Source: Planctomycetota bacterium (GTDB lineage: Bacteria; Planctomycetota; UBA8108; UBA1146). From it: a stretch of DNA of 44,323 nt. The notes under the pieces are model-generated. The model was not told the origin of the DNA. It saw only the letters and a list, made by a program, of their open reading frames with translations, and did no database searches. Position 1 is the stretch's first letter, and every line of letters begins with the position of its first letter. Location: assembly GCA_036338595.1 (NCBI GenBank), contig JAYZBV010000114.1:1-44323 (forward strand). The letters are read 5' to 3'. Below are positions 38,105-44,323 of the stretch, piece after piece. A program made the translations under genes and the position numbers.

Positions 38105-39529
38105 ATGTCCCACGCCAATCGCTCTCTACCGGCCTCCACCCTGTGCACACTCCTCGGCTGGGGAAGCGGTGCTCTGGGTGCGGCCATCGTGATCACTTCA
38201 CGTCTGAAACAGGCTTCTTTCCCGTGCCTGTTGCTCTTTCCGCTTCTGTGTGGAGTCGTCGATGATGTGGCCGCGTCGATGGTCAGCGATATCTCCAAGG
38301 CCAGGGTTCAACTCGCCTCGGCCATCCAGCAGGATCGTTTTGACGAGGCCTCCCGGGCGGTAGATGTACTGATCATCGATGGTAGCAAGAAGGCCATCGA
38401 GGCGGTTGTACAGGTGGGTCTCGGAGGCAACTCGTATGCCATCGAACGCTACATCGGATCCAAACTGGTCGGATTGAAGCCGGGTCCGGGATTCGACCGC
38501 GTGTGTCAACTGGCGACAAAGGACAAGCGTGTCTCGGCACGAATCATCCTGACGCTGGTGCTTTCGGTTCGGCCAGAACGAGACGCCTATACCGCAGTCC
38601 TGACCAACCTCTACGATTCCGAGGACTCGGTGGCGTTGACCGCCATCGAGGCACTCGCCAAGAAGGATGACCTCGGGGCAGTCGATCACCTGATCGAGGC
38701 GCTGGCAAGACAGGAAAAGGTGGGTCGCAGGGGAACCCTGGTCGCTTACGAGATTCGTAAGTGTCTGTTGAAACTGGTCGGCGAGGATTTCAGGGTTGCT
38801 GCTGACTGGGAAAATTTCTGGGCTCCCCGGAAGAAGGACTATGTCAGGCCAGATCCGAGTGAGCGAAAGCAAGGGCTGACCTCGGTTCGGCGCGATCCGC
38901 CGGCGTTCTTCGGCATGGAAGTGGCTGCAAAAAATGTCCTGTTCCTGCTCGATGTCTCCGGAAGCATGGAAGTGATCGATGATCTGCCCGAGAATCCAGG
39001 TGATGCCGCAGGAGGTGGCGGGGGTACGGGCGTCAACAATCCCGATGGGTCTCCAAAACCAACGCCAGCACAGCAGGAGTCGAGGCAACGAATCCGGCGC
39101 GTTCAGAACGAGTTGATCCGGACCATCGAGAAGTTGCCAGATGATGTTCGTTTCAACATCATCACCTTCAATCACGAGATTCATGCCATGTCAAAAAATC
39201 TTGTTGTGGCCTCGTCCAGGCGCAAGAAGGAGGCGATCCAGTACGTGCGCAAGTTCGATGCCCAGGGAGAAACCTGGACCGATCACGCGCTCCGGAAAGC
39301 GTTCGGTTCTGCCAATCTGAAGGCGATCTTTCTGCTCTCGGATGGAGCGCCGCGTCGCGACAACAAGCTGCTCGATACCGTCCCGATCCTCAGGTGGGTT
39401 CGTGAGGCGAATCGGTTTCGGCGAATTCGTGTCAACACGATTGGATTCGAGCAGGCTGGCAGAAAATTGAGGACATTCATGAGATCGCTGGCCATCCAGA
39501 ACAACGGCCAGTACATCGAACTGCGCTGA
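38105..39529 (+). CDS. HEAT-repeat + von Willebrand factor A domain protein (start uncertain)
   Basis: HEAT-like repeats (VALTAIEALA..AVDHLIEAL); FFG....NVLFLLDVSGSM, FNIITF, GETWT, IFLLSDGAP give an intact MIDAS. Confidence 0.85.
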   Translation: MSHANRSLPASTLCTLLGWGSGALGAAIVITSRLKQASFPCLLLFPLLCGVVDDVAASMVSDISKARVQLASAIQQDRFDEASRAVDVLIIDGSKKAIEAVVQVGLGGNSYAIERYIGSKLVGLKPGPGFDRVCQLATKDKRVSARIILTLVLSVRPERDAYTAVLTNLYDSEDSVALTAIEALAKKDDLGAVDHLIEALARQEKVGRRGTLVAYEIRKCLLKLVGEDFRVAADWENFWAPRKKDYVRPDPSERKQGLTSVRRDPPAFFGMEVAAKNVLFLLDVSGSMEVIDDLPENPGDAAGGGGGTGVNNPDGSPKPTPAQQESRQRIRRVQNELIRTIEKLPDDVRFNIITFNHEIHAMSKNLVVASSRRKKEAIQYVRKFDAQGETWTDHALRKAFGSANLKAIFLLSDGAPRRDNKLLDTVPILRWVREANRFRRIRVNTIGFEQAGRKLRTFMRSLAIQNNGQYIELR

Positions 39530-39626
39530 AAACAGCGCATTTCCACACAAGTCCATATCAACAAACGGTTTGCCTCCATCGTGGTGACTCGGTTCTGGTT
39601 GCTGCCCATCCCTGTTTCTGGTAGAA

Positions 39627-39700
39627 GCACCCTTTCCAGATGAGTGGCGTGGCCACCGGTCAAGCGCAGTCCATCTGGTGCCCGCCAACGGGCATGAATT
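39627..39700 (+). promoter_or_regulatory. Candidate cis-regulatory RNA (Na+-riboswitch-like) in the hppA leader
   Basis: Stem CCAGATG/CATCTGG encloses hairpin GTGGC-GTG-GCCAC and CGGTCAAGCG; followed by hairpin TGCCCG-CCAA-CGGGCA; upstream of a Na+-type PPase. Confidence 0.5.
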
Positions 39701-39728
39701 TCGACCTTTGATATGGAGGAGAACCAAG

Positions 39729-41834
39729 ATGGATTCGTGGGTGGACTACCTGACCAGCGATAAGGGTGCGATGCTCGGCATCGGCATCTCCGTGATCTCC
39801 CTGATCTATGCATTCTACCTCAACAGCTGGATCAAGAAGCAATCTGCCGGGACAGAGCGAATGCAAGAACTGGCTGGATTCGTCCAGCAGGGAGCGATGG
39901 CATTCCTCAAGACGGAATACAAGATGCTGGGAATGTTCGCCATCTGCGTGGCGATCGCTCTCAACTTCGGGGTCGACTCTCAAACCGCCATCTCTTACGT
40001 GGTGGGAGCTCTCGCCAGTGGGGTGGCCGGCTGGATCGGCATGAAAACTGCCACCGTCAGTGCAGTGCGTACCACCGAAGCGGCGAAGACAGGACTCACC
40101 GGAGCCTTGACCGTGGCGTTTCGATCGGGAGCGGTGATGGGATTGACCGTGGTCGGCCTGGGCTTGCTCGGCGTCTCGACCCTGTTCATCTACTGGCTCA
40201 ACAACACACCCGATGGAGGGAACTTCATCAAGCCGCTGTTTGGATTCTCCTTCGGTGCTTCCAGCATCGCCCTCTTTGCCCGGGTGGGCGGAGGCATCTT
40301 CACCAAGGCTGCCGATGTAGGCGCCGACCTGGTCGGCAAGGTGGAGGCAGGAATCCCCGAGGATGACCCGCGCAATCCGGCCACCATCGCCGACAATGTC
40401 GGTGATAATGTCGGGGACGTGGCGGGAATGGGTGCGGACCTGTTCGAATCGTACGTCGGATCGGTGATCGCCTGCATGGCGCTGGGACTGACCGCATTCG
40501 GCGTCGCCAATGCGGATGCTGCGATGCCATGGGTGGCGTTACCGCTGGTCCTCTGTGCCCTGGGAACCTTCTCCTCGATCATCGGAACCGCTGTGGTCAA
40601 GACCAATGACGAGAGCAAGGTTCACTCGGCGCTGTTCAATGGCCTGCTGACAGCAAGTTTCATCTTCGCCGGTTTGGCCGCATTCGTCTTCACCAAGTTG
40701 CCAGGAGACAACCTGCCCTTCGCCGAGGGCGCCACCAAGTGGGGCGTCTACGGAACGCTGATCGGTGGCCTGCTGCTCGGGATCATCCTCGGTAAGATCA
40801 CCGAGCACTACACCTCGGAGCAGGCGCCGCATGCTCGCAAGATTGCCGGCGATTCGGAACAGGGTACGGCGACCAACATCATCAGTGGACTGGCCATCGG
40901 AATGCAATCGACGGTGTGGCCGGTGATCTGGATCTGCGTCGCGATCTACTCCGCACATCACTTTGGAGGCCTCTACGGAATCGCCCTCAGTGCCGTCGGC
41001 ATGCTCTCGACGCTGGGCATCTCGCTCGGCATCGACGCCTACGGACCGGTCGCCGACAATGCCGGAGGCATCGCCGAGATGGCGGGCTGCGATCCGGAAG
41101 TGCGTCAACGCACCGATGCTCTCGATGCGGTCGGAAACACCACCGCCGCGATCGGCAAGGGATTCGCCATCGGTTCCGCAGCGCTCACCGCACTGGCACT
41201 GTTCAACACCTATTCCAATGAGGTGAAGGCAGGGATCAAGGACCTTGGACTCGATGCTTCGATCTTCGAGAATCTCGACATCCTCAACGTCAACGTGACG
41301 ATTGGACTGTTCCTCGGGGCAGCGATGACCTTCCTCTTCTCCGCCTTGACGATGAAGGCGGTGGGTAAGGCGGCGGGCTCGATGATCGAAGAGGTGCGGC
41401 GTCAGTTCCGTGAAATTCCGGGAATCCTCGAGGGCACCGGAAAACCTGACTATGCCGCCTGCGTCGAGATCTCGACCAAGGGATCGCTGCGAGAGATGGT
41501 GTTGCCTGGATTCCTCGCCATTGCGGTGCCGGTCGCAGTCGGCTGCTGGTCGATGCAGGTGCTCGGCGGACTGCTGGCGGGCTCACTGGCAACCGGGGTG
41601 CTCTTTGCCATCTTCATGTCGAATGCCGGGGGTGCCTGGGACAACGCCAAGAAATACATCGAAACGGGCGAGCATGGCGGCAAGGGATCGGACGCTCACA
41701 AGGCCTCCGTTGTCGGCGATACCGTTGGCGATCCCTTCAAGGACACCAGCGGCCCATCGCTCAACATCCTGATCAAGTTGATGACGATTGTCAGCCTGGT
41801 GTTCGTACCACTGTTCCTGAAGATGGCCGGCTAA
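39729..41834 (+). CDS. hppA: Membrane-bound K+-dependent, probably Na+-translocating pyrophosphatase
   Basis: [57 protein letters not shown] 39729 with GGAGGA RBS. Confidence 0.96.
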   Translation: MDSWVDYLTSDKGAMLGIGISVISLIYAFYLNSWIKKQSAGTERMQELAGFVQQGAMAFLKTEYKMLGMFAICVAIALNFGVDSQTAISYVVGALASGVAGWIGMKTATVSAVRTTEAAKTGLTGALTVAFRSGAVMGLTVVGLGLLGVSTLFIYWLNNTPDGGNFIKPLFGFSFGASSIALFARVGGGIFTKAADVGADLVGKVEAGIPEDDPRNPATIADNVGDNVGDVAGMGADLFESYVGSVIACMALGLTAFGVANADAAMPWVALPLVLCALGTFSSIIGTAVVKTNDESKVHSALFNGLLTASFIFAGLAAFVFTKLPGDNLPFAEGATKWGVYGTLIGGLLLGIILGKITEHYTSEQAPHARKIAGDSEQGTATNIISGLAIGMQSTVWPVIWICVAIYSAHHFGGLYGIALSAVGMLSTLGISLGIDAYGPVADNAGGIAEMAGCDPEVRQRTDALDAVGNTTAAIGKGFAIGSAALTALALFNTYSNEVKAGIKDLGLDASIFENLDILNVNVTIGLFLGAAMTFLFSALTMKAVGKAAGSMIEEVRRQFREIPGILEGTGKPDYAACVEISTKGSLREMVLPGFLAIAVPVAVGCWSMQVLGGLLAGSLATGVLFAIFMSNAGGAWDNAKKYIETGEHGGKGSDAHKASVVGDTVGDPFKDTSGPSLNILIKLMTIVSLVFVPLFLKMAG

Positions 41835-41858
41835 GCTGATTACTCTGGATCCATCCTC

Positions 41859-41898
41859 GAGGGGCCGCCCGCCGGTTTCCGGTGGGCGGCCTCTCTTC
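41859..41898 (+). terminator. Strong hairpin/terminator after hppA
   Basis: GAGGGGCCGCCCGCCGG-TTT-CCGGTGGGCGGCCTCTC followed by TTC. Confidence 0.7.
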
Positions 41899-41956
41899 AT
41901 CTTGTCTTGTGGCTCGCCAGAAGACTGCTACTCTCGATCGGATCGAAAGGGATCGA

Positions 41957-42379
41957 ATGGACTCAACTTCTGATCAGTTCCCTAATCGGGGCATTGAAGA
42001 ACTGGAACAACTCGCCATCGATGTTGCGCGTCATCTCGACGAACTGAAGGCGGATCGGATTGTGGTTCTTCGAGTCAGGGAGATGATTCACATCTCCTCC
42101 TACTTCATCCTCGCATCGGGTCGGTCATCTCGACAGGTGCGAATGATGGGGGACTCTGCCGAGCGATTCCTGAAACCGATGCATCTGCCCAGACTCGGCT
42201 TTCACGGCCGCGATGATGCGCGCTGGTTCTGTCTCGATCACGGCGAAATCGTGTTGCATCTCTTCGAGCAGGAGGCGCGCGAGTACTATGATCTTGAAAA
42301 TCTGTGGGCGCGCGCACCTCGCGTCGAGATCGAGTTTCACAGTCCTACCATCTCCTCCGAGCCAGAAGGCGCGGCCTAG
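41957..42379 (+). CDS. rsfS: Ribosome silencing factor RsfS (Iojap)
   Basis: KADRIVVL, YFILASGRSSRQV, WFCLDHGEIVLHLF...REYYDLENLW. Confidence 0.93.
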   Translation: MDSTSDQFPNRGIEELEQLAIDVARHLDELKADRIVVLRVREMIHISSYFILASGRSSRQVRMMGDSAERFLKPMHLPRLGFHGRDDARWFCLDHGEIVLHLFEQEAREYYDLENLWARAPRVEIEFHSPTISSEPEGAA

Positions 42380-44323
42380 TCTTGTTGCGATTCAGGTTGT
42401 TGCGGTTCAGGTTGTTGCGGTTCAGATTGTTGCGGTTCAGGTTTTTTGACCTCATCGGGGTCGGCGGGCCGGATCACCTCGATCACGCTGCTGGAGGGTA
42501 ATGCGCTGTCTGCGCGTCGAGCCAGCAACAGTTCGCCCCCTGGAAGCGGTAGCGGTGTGCCGCCTCTGGAGCCTTCAGGCCAGGGAAGTAAGCCGATCTT
42601 GGTGCCGTCCTCGAGCGATACGACCTCGATTCCCCTGGCAGCCGGAAACCAGATGCGACCCGGAAAAATCCTTGGTTGCCCCCTGAGTAACGGTGCGTGA
42701 CGCTGGAATTCTGCGGTCCCCTTGGTATTGACCTCCGTCTCCAGTGGAATGGTCCAGGGTCCCGCCACGACGCTGCCATCGCGCGGCCTCAGACCGACCA
42801 GCTGAACATCCCGAGTTCCCGGCGGTGTCGCCAGATCTGCCAGCCAGGCGACACCATCGACGATGCCCAGCAGCGACATCTGGCGGCTGGCCGGATAGCT
42901 CCAGCGGATCTGCCACGACTCCTTGTCGAGTGCGATCAGCAGGCGGCCGTCGGGAGGCAGCAACAGCCAGGGGGTCTCGGCATCGGCGGGCCGCTGGATC
43001 GGTGCCATCGAGCGAGGTCTCAGCCCTGGATAAGCGAGAAACCGGAAGTGACCCCAGCGGATGTCACTGAGGCTCGGTAACTCCTCGAATCGCCATCGCG
43101 GTTGATACAGAGCTGCCCGATGCTCCCCTGTGCTCGCTGACAGGCAATCGATGGCGCCGCCAGAGCGGCACACGATGAGATCGTCCCCATCCCTCACCAG
43201 GGACGAGTGCAAGATCTTGTCGCGCAGGTCATCCAGAGCGTGAGCTTCCAGATCTCGCACCTCGACCTGGCGACGCCACAACTCCGTGCCATCTTCCAGG
43301 TCAAATGCGAACACCCAGGTCTCCAGTTGAGCCCACCCACGAGTTGCCAGCAGCCACAATCGGTCGCCCTCGATCAGCGGTGTCGGGCAGGCGGTGAAGC
43401 CCTCCACCGCGATGGGTGCCACCCAGGATGAAACCGGGGGTCTGGTCGGATCGGGGATCTCGAGAACCACCGCTTCCAGCCATCCCTTGTCCTTCCAGGG
43501 TCCGCTTTCCATGATGAGATTGGTCGATGGGCGGTGGTATTTGCGCGGTGTTCGCAGCAAGAATACGCACCGGTCGCCGCTACTGACGGGGATCTCGGGC
43601 ACACTGATCAGGGGTAATGGCCTCTCGGGGGCCTTGCTGGCGTGATCGATCTCGGGTCGATGGATCGACCATTGCCACGCTTCCAGCGTCGGATCATCGA
43701 TGTCGATGGCGATGACCCTGTCGCCGTTACCGAGCAACGCCATCCGATCGCCGATCAGCGGAAACAGATCAGACAGCGGATGGCGCCGCGTCAACCGGAC
43801 CCTGGAATTGATTCTTCTCTTTCGTTCGGGTCCGGTCCGGGGCATCGGGATCGTCAACGCTCCCTCGACCGAGCCTCCCGCTGTTTGTTCTGGCTCCTCG
43901 GTGAGGGGGCCATCGCTTCGGTGCCACGGCCCACGAGGCAATTCCTGGCCATCGAGCCATCGGAGTAATTCGGGATCGATCCCGACCGTGATTCCCGGTC
44001 GCTCCAGCAGTGCCCAGGCCGCTGCTCGATCGGCGCGCTCCAGTGCCTCGTGCAAGGCGTGATTGGCCTGCGGAAGTTGTTCCGGATGCCATACCCATGG
44101 GTGGACTCCATCGATGGGGATCGGGGCCAACCGTTCCAGGGCGAGGTCGAGGAATTCAACGGGCAGCGACCTGGCGAAGCGCGCCAACTGTCGATGAGCG
44201 GGCTCGATGCGGACGGTGCCGCGGCTGCCCACCGACACTCCTGTGGGGGGCAGCACCAGCAGCCCATCGCGTGTTTCGAGCCAATTCCGCAACAACATGG
44301 CTGCCGATGAACGGTTCTCTCGG
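42376..44323 (-). CDS. PQQ-like beta-propeller repeat protein, 5'-partial (frame open to the window edge)
   Basis: AFDLEDGTELWRR, CLSASTGE, ALDKESWQIRWSY and VVSLEDGT blade motifs; no stop codon between 44298 and the window end. Confidence 0.7.
   Translation of the reverse strand, partial: RENRSSAAMLLRNWLETRDGLLVLPPTGVSVGSRGTVRIEPAHRQLARFARSLPVEFLDLALERLAPIPIDGVHPWVWHPEQLPQANHALHEALERADRAAAWALLERPGITVGIDPELLRWLDGQELPRGPWHRSDGPLTEEPEQTAGGSVEGALTIPMPRTGPERKRRINSRVRLTRRHPLSDLFPLIGDRMALLGNGDRVIAIDIDDPTLEAWQWSIHRPEIDHASKAPERPLPLISVPEIPVSSGDRCVFLLRTPRKYHRPSTNLIMESGPWKDKGWLEAVVLEIPDPTRPPVSSWVAPIAVEGFTACPTPLIEGDRLWLLATRGWAQLETWVFAFDLEDGTELWRRQVEVRDLEAHALDDLRDKILHSSLVRDGDDLIVCRSGGAIDCLSASTGEHRAALYQPRWRFEELPSLSDIRWGHFRFLAYPGLRPRSMAPIQRPADAETPWLLLPPDGRLLIALDKESWQIRWSYPASRQMSLLGIVDGVAWLADLATPPGTRDVQLVGLRPRDGSVVAGPWTIPLETEVNTKGTAEFQRHAPLLRGQPRIFPGRIWFPAARGIEVVSLEDGTKIGLLPWPEGSRGGTPLPLPGGELLLARRADSALPSSSVIEVIRPADPDEVKKPEPQQSEPQQPEPQQPESQQD
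42381..42440. repeat. 15-bp tandem repeat x4 encoding (P/S)EPQQ-type units
   Basis: Units cttgttgcgattcag, gttgttgcggttcag, gttgttgcggttcag, attgttgcggttcag. Confidence 0.95.

Noticed and set aside
12311..39571. Shared 11-mer ACAAACGGTTT in two intergenic regions (12311-12321 and 39561-39571)
   Set aside because: Operator-like near-palindrome, but one shared 11-mer among a few kb of intergenic DNA is about what chance predicts; it would need genome-wide enrichment to be credible.
1..44323. Mobile elements, prophage, CRISPR arrays or defence systems at the tRNA/tmRNA sites
   Set aside because: No integrase, transposase or cas-like ORFs, no duplicated tRNA 3' ends and no repeat-spacer periodicity were seen. 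The 15-bp repeat has no spacers.

Overview
GC-rich bacterial chromosomal window. By inference it is most likely a marine-type Planctomycetota, based on many Tat-exported Gfo/Idh/MocA and TIM-barrel sugar enzymes, DUF1080, Cys-rich dockerin-like C-termini and HEAT/vWA proteins. Housekeeping content: tRNA-Val, -Leu, -Asp and -Met, smpB and tmRNA, truB, gatCAB, comF-like, hppA, rsfS and an SLC13 permease. No integrase, transposase, phage gene or CRISPR array was seen. The most interesting signals: (1) a sugar-redox locus at 9-22 kb resembling the 3-keto-glycoside (oxidation/elimination/hydration) pathway, with five Tat substrates, a signal-less ApbE, a membrane c-type cytochrome and an EKP->EAP oxidoreductase paralogue; (2) a secreted protein with two cohesin-like repeats plus a dockerin-like tail, and a di-heme beta-propeller protein carrying the same tail, suggesting a cohesin-dockerin surface scaffold for redox enzymes; (3) a candidate Na+-riboswitch-like leader upstream of a Na+-type pyrophosphatase; (4) a three-gene envelope operon whose metzincin-like lipoprotein appears to have its third zinc ligand displaced by a 26-aa insertion. 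All calls come from reading motifs by eye; no database searches were run.
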